Source of the DNA: Candidatus Latescibacterota bacterium
GTDB taxonomy: Bacteria > Latescibacterota > UBA2968 > UBA8231
Length of the DNA stretch: 64,000 nt
NCBI GenBank assembly: GCA_965206595.1
Contig: OZ242214.1
Coordinates: 2,400,001 to 2,464,000 of the forward strand
Direction: 5' to 3'
Shown: positions 20,223 through 31,359 of the stretch, one piece after another
Numbering within the stretch: position 1 is the stretch's first letter
Layout: each line of letters starts with the position of its first letter
Position numbers and translations under genes: made by a program
The notes under the pieces: model-generated
Told to the model about the DNA's origin: nothing
The model's database searches: none
Seen by the model: the letters and a program-made list of their open reading frames with translations, nothing else

Positions 20223-22792
20223 ACCACCCGCACCCATCGCGTCAGCCGGGTCCGTTCGGCGCGATCGGATTCGGTTTCCACGGATATTCTGGCAAGGTAG
20301 ATCCCTGGCGGCACCTTCCGCCCCGAATCCCCCACCCCGTCCCAGACGATCTCATACCTCCCCCGGGGATCGGTGCGGCGCTCCCCGAGCTTGCGCACCA
20401 GCCTGCCGCCGAGATCGTACACCGATACACCCACCGACCCCTCCCCTGTCAGCCGGTTCAGGCTGAAGGAAAAGGTCGCGGCGTCGTTGAACCCGTCCCC
20501 GTTCGGCGTGAAAATGGGGGGCACGACTTCGAGACCGGTCAGCACCGCGTTGTCCGCCAGCGCCAGCGCCACGTTCGTCCGGCCCGGAGCCAGGTCGGTG
20601 GCGTCCCCGGCATCGACCTCCTGCCAGGCACCTTCCAGACCGCTGGCCTTGACCTCGGCCTCGAACGTGGCGCTCTGCGAGTAGGTCACCGGCTCCATGC
20701 GCACCTCCACCAGGTCGACCCCGCTACGGATCGGGGACGGCAGGCGGAACTGCAGGGTATCTCCGAGGCTGCGCGCCATCTCCAGCTGATCCGGCGAATA
20801 CCGTTGCTCGCGCCCGTTGGCGAATTCCTCCCGGCTGCCGGTCAGCACCTCCAGCAGCTTCAGGGTCGTGGCCGCGGTCGCCGTGATCCGCACCTCGTCG
20901 AACCACTGCTCGCCGCTGCCGAATACCGGCCGGATGAAGAAGGAGCGCTCTTCAGGAAGTCCGATCTCCGCAATCGCGGCGGGCCAGACCTCTCCCAGCA
21001 GTTCGTCCGCGTAGATGTCGGTCAAATGAACCCGTATGCTGTGCAACTCCGCGGGACGGCCGTACCTGCTCGAGGTGTCCGCCAGCACCCGGGCGCGCAT
21101 CTGCAGGTACCGGCGCACCCGAGGCGAACGGATCTCCTCTCCCGGCTTCAGGTACGAACCGCTCCACGGGCTCCACGTGCCGTCCGGGATCAGCCGGGTG
21201 AGCACCTCTCCCTGTTTCGGGCGGGGGAGACGGCGTTTGTACTGTACTTCCGATACGACGATTCCGTCGCTGTTGTGGTAGACGTGTTCCTCCCTCAGGG
21301 AATTGCCGGTGCGCGTCGCCAGCTCCACCCCGGTACCCGGCGGGGTGTCCGCTTCCCATTCGATCGAAACCAGACTCTTGCGCGGCCCCAGCTCGATGAC
21401 CTTCGAAGTCAAGGCGACTTCGGCGACGTATCCTTCCCCGTACAACATCACCTCCTGAATACTGGCGGAAAATTGGGCGGAAAATCGCGACCGCAGAAAG
21501 CGGACCTTGGTTGGCTCCATATCAAGAATCCGCCAGTCGCCCTTTGCATCGGAGTTGAATTCCGTCCAGAGAATACTGCCGTCGGGTGCAAGCCTGCCGT
21601 CGGAAATCTCAAGGGTCTGTTTTCCAATTCCGCCATGCGTAAGGAAATGCACGGTATCCAACCAGAAGAGGGTGCCCAGGTCCTCGAAAAAGGTATTGAG
21701 CCTGTTTCCAAAAGCTGAAAAATTGGCGGCCGTGGAATAGTCGCCGTCGGTGACCACATCTGCCAACGAAAAGACCCGGCCCGAACCCTGGGGATTCTGC
21801 TTGTCGGCATTGGCTCGCAGCCTGGTCTCGCCGCCCTGAGCCACCCGCTGGTAGTTGAGGTTGTCGCCGATCGTCCATACTTCCAATTCCGCCAGACGGG
21901 GGCGTTCCCGCTGGAAATAGCGAATCCGCCCCTGCTTTTCCGGAGCCAGCCGCTCGTAGTTTTCCTTCGTCGTCAGGGTCTGACGGCCGCCGCCGCTGCG
22001 ATAATACTCCACCCTCCCCTTCGTCTCCGCGGGAAACTCGACGTAGGTATCCGGAGCCACTTCCCTCATGCGGTCAACATCGCTGTCCGTCACCAGCACG
22101 TGGACGAAATCCAACGGCTCGCCGACGAACTCTTCGCTGGCCGCCTCGGTCGTTTCCGGCACTATTTCAAACAGACGTTGCGATTTGTTGGGACGGTCCG
22201 ACTTGAAGAGGGTCCAGAATTTCGAGACATCCGTGCCGAGCAGCGTGTACTTGGCGACCCGTCCCGTCGGCGGGATCTGGCGCCATCCCAACAGGTCGAA
22301 CTGAAGAAACGGGTCCCCGGTTTCTTCTCCCACGAACTTCAGAACAACCTTCTCGACCACGACCAGTCGGCCCAGCCGGATCTGAACCCACCATTCTTCG
22401 GGAGGGGCGTCGAGATCGGGCTCCCAGAAGGTGTGCGGGTCCCCGTCCATCAGGTTGGCCGCAAGATGCGGGTTGGAGCCGGCATCCGCACCGCCTTGCA
22501 CCTTGGCCGCATACTCGGTGGCGTCCAGGGCCGCGTTGATCCGTTTGCGAACGAAACGGGGGGCGACGGAGCCGTCGGGACGGATGTCGGAGATGCCGGC
22601 GTTGACCGTCCAGGCTTCCCAGTGGGAGGGTCGGTCAACAAGGATCTGGTTGCCGTGGAATGTGTAACCGGGTTGCGCCTCGACGCTGTCCGCGGTTGCC
22701 GCGCAGATGATCAGCAGCGCAGGTAAATGATACCTTGCTCGAACCCGGCGCCCGGTGCCTGCTTCAACTCCCTGTCCAGAATCAGTTGTCAC
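20216..22792 (-). CDS. Large secreted protein with discoidin-like and C-terminal FlgD Ig-like domains
   Basis: Signal-like N-terminus, LMDGDPHTFW, FTPNGDGFND..VYDLGGRLVR..WDG..VPPGIY. Confidence 0.8.
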   Translation of the reverse strand: MTTDSGQGVEAGTGRRVRARYHLPALLIICAATADSVEAQPGYTFHGNQILVDRPSHWEAWTVNAGISDIRPDGSVAPRFVRKRINAALDATEYAAKVQGGADAGSNPHLAANLMDGDPHTFWEPDLDAPPEEWWVQIRLGRLVVVEKVVLKFVGEETGDPFLQFDLLGWRQIPPTGRVAKYTLLGTDVSKFWTLFKSDRPNKSQRLFEIVPETTEAASEEFVGEPLDFVHVLVTDSDVDRMREVAPDTYVEFPAETKGRVEYYRSGGGRQTLTTKENYERLAPEKQGRIRYFQRERPRLAELEVWTIGDNLNYQRVAQGGETRLRANADKQNPQGSGRVFSLADVVTDGDYSTAANFSAFGNRLNTFFEDLGTLFWLDTVHFLTHGGIGKQTLEISDGRLAPDGSILWTEFNSDAKGDWRILDMEPTKVRFLRSRFSAQFSASIQEVMLYGEGYVAEVALTSKVIELGPRKSLVSIEWEADTPPGTGVELATRTGNSLREEHVYHNSDGIVVSEVQYKRRLPRPKQGEVLTRLIPDGTWSPWSGSYLKPGEEIRSPRVRRYLQMRARVLADTSSRYGRPAELHSIRVHLTDIYADELLGEVWPAAIAEIGLPEERSFFIRPVFGSGEQWFDEVRITATAATTLKLLEVLTGSREEFANGREQRYSPDQLEMARSLGDTLQFRLPSPIRSGVDLVEVRMEPVTYSQSATFEAEVKASGLEGAWQEVDAGDATDLAPGRTNVALALADNAVLTGLEVVPPIFTPNGDGFNDAATFSFSLNRLTGEGSVGVSVYDLGGRLVRKLGERRTDPRGRYEIVWDGVGDSGRKVPPGIYLARISVETESDRAERTRLTRWVRVVY

Positions 22793-22876
22793 TTCTTTAA
22801 AACCAGGACTCGATTGAAACGGCGTTCACGATGGATGGGGCCATTCCCTGGGATACGCATTCCGACCATCCCCGCC

Positions 22877-24808
22877 TCAATAGGAAACGCACAGGATCCC
22901 GGTCCGCGCCGCGCTTCCGCGCTCCAGTTCGCCGGAAATCCTCCAGATGTAAATCCCTGGAGGAACCGTCTCTCCCTCGCCGTTCCTGCCGTCCCACACC
23001 CGCTCGTAGTGGCCGATCCGGTCCGCGCCGCTGTAGATCCTGCGCACCTTCCGCCCGAACAGATCCAATATCTCCACTTCGACCGGTACGCCTCCGGTCG
23101 TTTCGACGAGGTCGTAGAAGATCCGGACCTCGTCGTTGATGCCGTCCCCGTTCGGCGTCAGCACCGCCGGCAGCACCTGCGCCTCGAGCACGGACCGCAC
23201 CGCCACCGAGGTCTCGATCCATACCCGGTCGCTGAACACCTCGTCGATGACGTCGCCGGCGACCACCGGCTGCGGCACGTCGAACGGCCGCTCGCTGTCG
23301 ATCAGGTGGGCCCTGAAGGCGGCCCCGTAGCGCAACACCTGGGCGTCGAAAACCACCTCGACAATCGCATCCGACAGCATCTGATCGATTCTCGGCAAAC
23401 CGACCACCAGGCGCCTGTCTTCCTGAGAAACCGCTTCGAAGGGAACGACGGACGTGTCGATGCGGACCTCGCGCAGCCGGTTGAACCGGGCGGCGACGGA
23501 CTGGATTTCCACCCGGTCGAAGCCGGCGTCCCCGTCCTGGAGGCGCGCCTTGAGGGCGTAGGTGAACCGGGTAGGCGGACCGGCCCTCACCTCTACGGGG
23601 GCAAGCTCCCCGACAACTTGGGAAACGGCGGCATCCGAGGCCCGAAACTCTAAAAACTCCAGGCGAGTACCCGCGTTTTCCTGGGAGATGAAGTCCAGGC
23701 TGAACTGAAAGGAGCGGCGCGGACCGGGATAAATTGGAGGCTCCCCTTGTTCCCGGGTGACGTTGAAACGCGGAGTCCAGTTGTTCCAGCTGTCGTAGTT
23801 GTACGTCGGCGGAGCCCGCTGGCTGCGCCGGAGCTGGTCGTACTCTTCCCTGGTCACCCCGACCTTCTGGTCACCGATCCCGGTGTATTTCCAGTACTTG
23901 AGGAGATCGGCATCCTCGCCGTTCCGGGTCTGCAGGAAGATGGAGGAAGCCGGCGCTTCATCGAACTTCCACTTGAGGCTTCCCCATACCGCGGGCCTGC
24001 CGAAATCGATGATGTCGGCGACATAGGAAGCCAGGCGAGAAACCCCGCGGGCGTAGATCTCTATTTCGGTGATCTCCCGTTCCGTGGCGTGGGCACCGAG
24101 GGCGAGCTGCATGCCGGCCACAGGCTGCTCGTTCGTCATTTCCACGTCCAGAAGCGGTGCCCTGTTTTCGTTGACCTCCACCTGGAACGGATGCAGCAGG
24201 GTCTCGGCTTCCGGTAGCTGCAACAGGAAGGAGGAGACCCCGAGGTTACGTACGACCTTGGTCGTATTGACAGGGCTCAACGGTTCTATGATCCCACCGG
24301 AGATCAACCGAATGCGTTCGACGAACACCCGATCGGCGAACTCGATGTTGAGGACGCCGGGAAGGGCGTAGCGGTCGGTGCACCTCGTGCCAACGGACAT
24401 TCCGCATTCGTAGGAGACGCTCCGCCAAAAAGTATTTTCGTCCCCATCGAATAGAGCATGAAGTCCGGATTGCGGTTTCCACAACATCGAGGCGCTGTTG
24501 ACCTGCGGGTCGTACACCCAGGGAGAGAGTACCTGCTCGTCCATGTAGACCCGCGCTGCCTCTCCTCCCTTCAGGGCATCGAATTCCGCCCAGCGCATCT
24601 GCCGGAAGCGCACTCCCGCCCGGTTGGCATCCGCGGGCGGCGGCAGATCCGCGCCCCCGAACCGGTAGATCGTCGTCTCCGCACCGGACAGGGCGGGAAA
24701 CACCGCCAGGAACACCCCTGCCCTCAAGGAAGAAGCTTTTGGCAGCATGGGTATCGCAAACCGAGGCATAGGGTTTTTCAGGGTTTTCAGTAAACCACCC
24801 GCACCCAT
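22877..24808 (-). CDS. Secreted protein with C-terminal FlgD Ig-like domain
   Basis: LFDGDENTFW, LTPNGDGIND..WDGRN..VPPGIY; true start uncertain (24748-24808). Confidence 0.8.
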   Translation of the reverse strand: MGAGGLLKTLKNPMPRFAIPMLPKASSLRAGVFLAVFPALSGAETTIYRFGGADLPPPADANRAGVRFRQMRWAEFDALKGGEAARVYMDEQVLSPWVYDPQVNSASMLWKPQSGLHALFDGDENTFWRSVSYECGMSVGTRCTDRYALPGVLNIEFADRVFVERIRLISGGIIEPLSPVNTTKVVRNLGVSSFLLQLPEAETLLHPFQVEVNENRAPLLDVEMTNEQPVAGMQLALGAHATEREITEIEIYARGVSRLASYVADIIDFGRPAVWGSLKWKFDEAPASSIFLQTRNGEDADLLKYWKYTGIGDQKVGVTREEYDQLRRSQRAPPTYNYDSWNNWTPRFNVTREQGEPPIYPGPRRSFQFSLDFISQENAGTRLEFLEFRASDAAVSQVVGELAPVEVRAGPPTRFTYALKARLQDGDAGFDRVEIQSVAARFNRLREVRIDTSVVPFEAVSQEDRRLVVGLPRIDQMLSDAIVEVVFDAQVLRYGAAFRAHLIDSERPFDVPQPVVAGDVIDEVFSDRVWIETSVAVRSVLEAQVLPAVLTPNGDGINDEVRIFYDLVETTGGVPVEVEILDLFGRKVRRIYSGADRIGHYERVWDGRNGEGETVPPGIYIWRISGELERGSAARTGILCVSY

Positions 24809-26552
24809 CGCGTAATCCGGGTCTGTTCGGCGCGATCGGATTCGGCTTCCACGGATATTCTGGCAAGGTAGACCCCCGGCGGCACCTTCCGCCCCGAATC
24901 CCCCTCCCCGTCCCAGACGATCTCGTACCTCCCCCGGGGATCGGTGCGGCGCTCCCCGAGCTTGCGCACCAGCCTGCCGCCGAGATCGTACACCGATACA
25001 CCCACCGACCTCTCCCCTGTCAGCCGGTTCAGGCTGAAGGAAAACGTCGCCGCGTCGTTGAACCCGTCCCCGTTCGGCGTGAAAAGCGGAGGCTCGACCT
25101 CGAGACCGGTAAGCACCGCGTTGTCCGCGAAGGCCAGCGCCACATTGGTTCGGCCGGGTGCCAAGTCGGTGGCGTCCCCGGCATCGACCTCCTGCCAGGC
25201 CCCGTCCAACCCGCTGGCCTTGACCTCCGCTTCGAACGTTACGCTCTGGGTGTAGGTCACCGGCTCCATGCGCACCTCTACCAGGTCGACCCCGCTACGG
25301 ATCGGTGACGGCAGGCGGAACTGCAGGGTATCTCCGAGGCTGCGCGCCATCTCCAGCTGATCCGGCGAATACCGCTGCTCGTGCCCGTTGGCGAAGTCTT
25401 CCAGGCTCCCGGTCAGCACCTCCAGCAGCTTCAGAGTCGTGGCCGCAGTCGCCGTGATCCGCACCTCGTCGAACCACTGCTCGCCGCGGTAGAGTAATCG
25501 CCGTCCGTGACCACTTCTGCTAACGGCAACACACGGCCCGTCCCCTGGGGGGTCTGCATGTCGGCATTGACTCGCAGCCTGGTCTCACCCCCTTGAGCCA
25601 CCCGCTGGTAATTCAGGTTGTCGCCGATCGTCCATACTTCCACTTCCGCAAGGCGGGGACGCTCCCGCTGGAAATAGCGAATACGCCCTTTCTTTTCCGG
25701 AGCCAGCCGCTCGTAGTTCTCCTTCGTCGTCAGGGTCTGACGCCCGCCCCCGCTGCGATAGTACTCCACCCTCCCCTTCGCCTCCGCCGGAAGCTCGGCG
25801 TAGGTATCGGGGGCCACCTCTCTCATGCGGTCAACATCGCTGTCCGTTACGAGGACGTGGATGAAATCCAACGGCTCGCCGACGAACTCTTCGCTGGCCG
25901 CCTCGGTCGTTTCCGGCACTATTTCAAACAGACGTTGCGATTTGTTGGGACGGTCCGACTTGAAGAGGGACCAGAATTTCGAGACATCCGTGCCGAGCAG
26001 CGTGTACTTGGCGACCCGTCCCGTCGGCGGGATCTGGCGCCATCCCAACAGGTCGAACTGAAGAAACGGGTCCCCGGTTTCTTCTCCCACGAACTTCAGA
26101 ACAACCTTCTCGACCACGACCAGCCGCCCCAGCCGGATCTGAACCCACCAGTCTTCGGGCGGGGCGTCGAGGTCGGGCTCCCAGAAGGTGTGCGGGTCGC
26201 CGTCGATCAGGTGGGCCGCAAGATGCGGGTTGGAGCCGGCATCCACGCCGCCGCGCGCCTGTACCGCATACTCGGTAGCATCCAAGGCGGCGTTGATTCC
26301 TTTGCGCACGAAACGAGGGGCGACCGTGCCGTCGGGACGGATGTCGGAGATGCCTGCGTTGACCGTCCAGGCTCGCCAGTGGGAGGGCCGGTCGACGACG
26401 ATCTGGTTGCCCTGGAGTGTGTAACCGGGTTGCGCCTCGACGCTGTCCGCGGTTGCCGCGCAGGTGATCAGCAGCGCCAGACCATGACATCGGAACCGCA
26501 ATCCATCCCGGAACGATGGTACTCGCATCCGGATTGTCGTGCGCTCCATCAT
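24787..26552 (-). pseudogene. Paralog of 20216-22792 with a ~0.8-kb internal deletion and frameshift
   Basis: Near-identical N- and C-terminal parts; junction at ~25485 joins DGDYSTA directly to GEQWFDEVRI out of frame. Confidence 0.88.
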
Positions 26553-26859
26553 TCGCTTCTCTGCGGATGCGGCGATATACGCCGATATATGATATATACT
26601 TATGTGTATTACATCGAGCGTCCGGGATCCAAAAAAACCAGGAAGACCAACCCCTTGAGACAGGGTACGGACTACTTAACGACACTCCTATCTTTAATTT
26701 TTGGCAGGAATGGCTCGCCAGCGAGGATAACCTGAATCCGGAGCCTTCAATTCATCCAGGCCAATTCCCAGTCCCTGTCCAAGGAGAATTGCAGACTCGC
26801 CGCAACCCACTCAAGATTCTCCTGTTCGTGGCTTATATTCCGGGCTTGGAGATCCAACA

Positions 26860-27306
26860 GTGAATCGCCCCACGCACACAACGGAAAGCAGAAAACCCGA
26901 GAGCGCCTTGCGCGAGTTCTTCCACCGGGTGCGGCCGGTCGGAGTGGCCTCGGTCTACCTCTACGGAAGCGCCGCCCGCGGCCGGACGCATGCCGATAGC
27001 GACGTCGACGTCGCGGTGTTGTTGGACCGTGCCTGCTTCCCTTTGCGCGAACAACGTGCCGAGGAACGGGTCCGGCTCACCGCCGAACTGATCCACGTCC
27101 TGGGTAACAACGAAGTCGACCTCGTCATTCTCAACGACGTACCTCCCGGTCTCGGACGCCATGCAATTACGGAGGGGGTCCGGGTGTACGTGGCCGACCC
27201 CGAACCGGATCACGCCTTCTGCCGGGACGTCCAACTGCGCGCCGCGGATCTCGACCTGTTCCTGCGCCGAATGCGGCTGATAAAGCTCAGGGCTCTTTCC
27301 TCGTGA
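26860..27306 (+). CDS. Minimal nucleotidyltransferase, MntA-type antitoxin
   Basis: YLYGSAARG..SDVDVAV..VDLVILND. Confidence 0.88.
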   Translation: MNRPTHTTESRKPESALREFFHRVRPVGVASVYLYGSAARGRTHADSDVDVAVLLDRACFPLREQRAEERVRLTAELIHVLGNNEVDLVILNDVPPGLGRHAITEGVRVYVADPEPDHAFCRDVQLRAADLDLFLRRMRLIKLRALSS

Positions 27307-27428
27307 CCTACCTGGTCGAGCTGCGCAAACACCTCGACTACGAGCAAGTTGTCGGGGCGATCCGGGATCTCGAGCCCATCGTCGAGTTTGCCCGTCTTGC
27401 AGCCTCCCTCGAACAGAAAGAGCAATAG
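27303..27428 (+). pseudogene. Internally deleted HepT/DUF86 HEPN toxin
   Basis: GTGA overlap with the MNT gene; MTYLVELRKHLD|YEQVVGAIRDLEPIVEFARLAASLEQKEQ looks like fused DUF86 N- and C-termini without the Rx4H motif. Confidence 0.65.
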
Positions 27429-27552
27429 CCGGATTGACTGGCCGCCCCGCCTGACCGGCCCCGGGCAGCCCGTTGCGATATCAGGATACCCAGCCGATGA
27501 TGGCCATAAACAACTGGCATTCGGTTAAACAGCAGATCGCAGAGGACTCGTA

Positions 27553-28734
27553 ATGAAGATCACCGGCATCAGGACCTACAAGTTCACCCACGTCGGCGAA
27601 GGCCAGACCATCACCGACGACCGGGACGAGCTGCTTCCCGCCACGCCCGCCAAGGACTGGCTCTTCTTCAAGATCGAGACTGACGCGGGAATCTGCGGCT
27701 GGGGGGAAGGCTCCGGGGAATGGCTCACCTCACCGGTCGCGGCCATGCTGCGCGACTGGGAACCGCTGCTGGTCGGCCGGGACCCTCTCGGTATTACCGC
27801 GATCACCGACGACCTGCAGAACCGCAGTCCCTGGAAAGGAGGGGCCGTCCTCGGCACCGCCATAGCCGCGGTCGACATCGCCCTCCACGACCTCGCCGGC
27901 AAGGCCTGGGGTGTCCCCGTCCACACCCTTCTCGGAGGGGCCCGCCGCGACCGCATCCGCGTGTACAGCGGCGGCGACTTCAGCACCCCGGAAGCCGCGG
28001 CCGCCTCGGCGCTGAAAGTGCAGGCCGCCGGGTACGCCGGGGTCAAGGGCAACCCGCTGGAAGAGCGGGTCTGGCCGATGGACGAGCAGGCCCTGGCCAA
28101 CAGCACCGCAGCGGTCGCCGCCATGCGCGAGGCGGCAGGTCCCGGGTTCGACATCATGCTCGACACCCACGGCAGCCCGCACCCGGAGCTGTCGATCGAG
28201 TACGCCCGCCGCGTCGCCCCGTACCGCCCGCTCTTCCTCGAGGAACCCTGCAAGGTCGGCTCGCTCGAGGCCCTCCTCGACGTCTCGCGCAACAGCCCGG
28301 TGCCGATCGCCACGGGGGAGAAGATCTTCGACCTGCCCGGCTTCGAGCCGCTCATCCGGGAGCGGGCCGTCTCCTTCCTGCAACCCGACATCGGACACAG
28401 CTTCGGCCTGGCAAGCTACATGGAGATCGCCCGCCGGGCGGAGCAGCAGCAGATCCTGATGGCCCCCCACCTCGGGGTCGGGGGACTGCTGTACGTCGCC
28501 TCCCTCCACGCCGACGCGGCGACCCCCAACTTCCTGATCCAGGAGTCCCACCAGTTGCAGCACTTCGACAGGTACATGGAGCACGACCTGCGCATCGAAG
28601 GGGGGTATGTCAACACCCCAGGAAGGCCCGGGCTCGGGGTCGAGGTAAAAGAAGCGGATATCGCCAAGATGCCTCACGTGCCCATGGAGTACCGCCAGTA
28701 CCGGCACGAAGACGGGAGCTGGAAAGGCTGGTAG
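27553..28734 (+). CDS. Galactonate-dehydratase-like enolase superfamily enzyme
   Basis: WLFFKIETDAG..GWGE, DIALHDLAGK, DTHG, FLEEP, ATGE, LQPD. Confidence 0.88.
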   Translation: MKITGIRTYKFTHVGEGQTITDDRDELLPATPAKDWLFFKIETDAGICGWGEGSGEWLTSPVAAMLRDWEPLLVGRDPLGITAITDDLQNRSPWKGGAVLGTAIAAVDIALHDLAGKAWGVPVHTLLGGARRDRIRVYSGGDFSTPEAAAASALKVQAAGYAGVKGNPLEERVWPMDEQALANSTAAVAAMREAAGPGFDIMLDTHGSPHPELSIEYARRVAPYRPLFLEEPCKVGSLEALLDVSRNSPVPIATGEKIFDLPGFEPLIRERAVSFLQPDIGHSFGLASYMEIARRAEQQQILMAPHLGVGGLLYVASLHADAATPNFLIQESHQLQHFDRYMEHDLRIEGGYVNTPGRPGLGVEVKEADIAKMPHVPMEYRQYRHEDGSWKGW

Positions 28735-28793
28735 TGATTCGGATGCCCAAGAGCTGTTCTGCGACCACATCCGGCAAAAAAAGGATCGCCCTC

Positions 28794-29741
28794 ATGAATC
28801 GATTTTTAGTGGTCCTGATTTTGACAGGGCTAGCTGAAGCGCACAGCGGAAATCGCCTGTACCCCTTCTACGAGCTTACGGATGAGATGCTGGAGAAGAT
28901 CGATATACACGACGGGTTGATCGACGAGTGGTACGAGGTCGGCGAACCCAGTATGACCCTGCTGGATTTCAAAGTCATCTTCGACCTGGAACCCCTTGAT
29001 CCGGCCAATCTCGACTTCCGCATCTGGCTGGCCTGGCATGACGAACCGGATCGCATCTACGCCGCCTTCATCATCGCTGATGACGAATACCGAAACGAGC
29101 ATGACTATACGGATACGGAAAGGTGGCGAAACGAGATGTTCAACTACGATAGCGTCGTCTTCCAACTCGACGCCGATCACAGTGGAGGCTCAGGAAGAGA
29201 GAAAGGCTGGTGGGATGATCCTTCCAGTGAGAGGTCTATCTGGCTATTTGGAGAAACGCAGAGGTATTCGGCTGTTGCTCGAACAGCAACCGGTCCGCTT
29301 TTGGAAAACGAAATCAGAGCGAATCCGGGAAGATGGAGATTTTGTGGTGGAATACCCGATTCCTGGAAGGTTCGTCCTCCCTACGGAGACGCGGGTGGTA
29401 TGGTCGCGGGAGAAAACCCTGTTGTCATTGTGATCGAGATGTATGTCACGCCATATGACTGGTGGGATGCATGGGACGACGTCGAAAAAACCGGATTCAG
29501 CGAGCTGTCCGCGCACCAGGTCATCGGCTTCTCCACCGAAATCATCGAAAAGGATTACGACCCCGATTGCCTCGACTGTTCTGGTTATTCCTGGTATCCG
29601 ACAGAAATACATGATTACGGCAGTTCGCGGGATTTCCATCGCGTCGCAGCCGATTTCTTCCTCGATGGACTGTTGCTTCCCGCTCAGGATACAGCAGTCG
29701 AGTCCGTTACATGGGGACGGATCAAGGCGTCTTTGAAGTAG
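28794..29741 (+). CDS. Secreted protein with C-terminal 'TAVESVTWGRIKASLK' motif
   Basis: Signal peptide (LAEA-HSG), YPFYELTDEM..IDIHDG, DFRIWLAWH, LDADHSGG, EMYVTPYD; homologous to the 33-40 kb array. Confidence 0.82.
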   Translation: MNRFLVVLILTGLAEAHSGNRLYPFYELTDEMLEKIDIHDGLIDEWYEVGEPSMTLLDFKVIFDLEPLDPANLDFRIWLAWHDEPDRIYAAFIIADDEYRNEHDYTDTERWRNEMFNYDSVVFQLDADHSGGSGREKGWWDDPSSERSIWLFGETQRYSAVARTATGPLLENEIRANPGRWRFCGGIPDSWKVRPPYGDAGGMVAGENPVVIVIEMYVTPYDWWDAWDDVEKTGFSELSAHQVIGFSTEIIEKDYDPDCLDCSGYSWYPTEIHDYGSSRDFHRVAADFFLDGLLLPAQDTAVESVTWGRIKASLK

Positions 29742-29906
29742 GCCTCTTTCCTCCTGCCCTTGCCCGCTCAAGCGGATGCGCACGATCTGAGCGGGGGCGA
29801 ATTACTGCACACAGAACGGTCAGGCTCGACGGCTCTCTGATTTTGGAGCCTGACCCGATGGTCTCTGAATCCGCCGCTGTTTACCCGGCGGCAGTGACTT
29901 ACCCAT

Positions 29907-30626
29907 TCAGCCTCGCTCGGCCCGGTGCCGGGCCACAAGTTCCGCCATGCTGTCGAAACGGAAATCCGGGGCCACCTCCTCCTGGACCGGTGCCCTCGCC
30001 CCGCCGCCGCGGCCGGCGCGCCGGTCGATCCAGGCGGTCGCCAGTCCCATCCTCTTGGCGGGCACGTGGTCGTGGAAGAGGCTCTGCGCGACATGCAGAA
30101 CCCCTGCGGGACCGCAGCCATAGTCGGCTTTCACCCGATTGAGCAGGTATTCGAAGTTGGCCGCCGCGGGCTTGTACGAACCGATCTCCTCGGCGGTGAG
30201 CACCGCATCCCAGGGATTCCCGAGGCGGGCGGCGCTGCCCCGGTAGCTGGCGCGGTCGCAGTTGGTCAGGGTGACCAGCCGGTGGCGGCGCTTCAGATAG
30301 GCCAGCGAATCGGCGGCGTCCTCGAAGGCCGGCCAGTCACCGACCGACCGGCCGAAGCGGATGCTCTCGGCATCGTCCGGTTGGCAGCCCCAGTCCCGGG
30401 CCAGGATGCGGTGGCTGGCCGCAAGGATATCGGCGTAAAGCATTCCGGGCGCCTCCTCCTGGCAGGCGGATTCCGCGCGGGCGAATGCTGCCAGGGCTTC
30501 GTCCCGGGCCGGTGGGTCGGCCAGACGCGAGCGGAGCGGCTGCAGCGCCTCCCAGATGCCCCTCTCCCAGTCGATCAGGGTTCCATAGGTGTCGAAGGTC
30601 AGTACGGGGAAATCCGACAAGCGCAT
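29907..30626 (-). CDS. HAD hydrolase, haloacid dehalogenase type II-like
   Basis: LTFDTYGTLIDWE, LTNCD, SYKP, LHVAQSLFHDH. Confidence 0.92.
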   Translation of the reverse strand: MRLSDFPVLTFDTYGTLIDWERGIWEALQPLRSRLADPPARDEALAAFARAESACQEEAPGMLYADILAASHRILARDWGCQPDDAESIRFGRSVGDWPAFEDAADSLAYLKRRHRLVTLTNCDRASYRGSAARLGNPWDAVLTAEEIGSYKPAAANFEYLLNRVKADYGCGPAGVLHVAQSLFHDHVPAKRMGLATAWIDRRAGRGGGARAPVQEEVAPDFRFDSMAELVARHRAERG

Positions 30627-31026
30627 GGGGCTTCTCCAGGTGCGGGGGTTCGGAACGGTGTCCACAACCGGTTGGGGTTTCATCCGGCAATCGCGTGCGT
30701 CCTCCCCTGCCCGGGAGAACCCCAAAATTCCCTTGATGGGCGCCCGAAAATACCGTACCTCTCCCACATATCCATTCCACCATTTCCATCAGAGTTCGCC
30801 GGTCGGGGAAACGATCACGGAAGCCGGGCAATGGCCCGGATATCTGAAAGAGTTGTCGACAGGCACGAGGCCGCCGATTGCGGCCGGATGCAAAACAGCA
30901 TGAAATCCGATTTCTGAGGAAGTTTTTTCCCCACTGGTGGCACCATTCCCGCCGCCCATATCCTTCCGTGACCGCCACGGGAGGTCGGGCGCTGGAAAGT
31001 GACACCATCAATCGCAGGAGGAAGAA

Positions 31027-31359
31027 ATGGTAGTCAGAATCATCATTGGCCTGATCACCCTGCTGGCCATAATCCAGGGCTTGTTAGGCGACCCCATCGC
31101 AGGGGGCATCCTGACCCTCGCGCTGGTCGTTCTGGGCCTGGTGTACGGGGCAGTGGGGGTCGATGCCGAGGACGCGACCGCCTACTTGGTCGTCACCCTT
31201 GCCGCCGGAGGTGCAGCGGGAATGAACGTGCTGGACCAGGAGATTCTCGCGATGGTTGGCGACCGCTTGGACGCCATCCTCGATCAGGCGGTCATCGCTC
31301 TGTTCGCCGGCGCCGTAACCGTACTCGTCACGAGGACGATCAACCGGCTCAAGGGCTGA
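31027..31359 (+). CDS. Small hydrophobic membrane protein
   Basis: AGGAGG RBS; 3-4 hydrophobic segments. Confidence 0.75.
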   Translation: MVVRIIIGLITLLAIIQGLLGDPIAGGILTLALVVLGLVYGAVGVDAEDATAYLVVTLAAGGAAGMNVLDQEILAMVGDRLDAILDQAVIALFAGAVTVLVTRTINRLKG

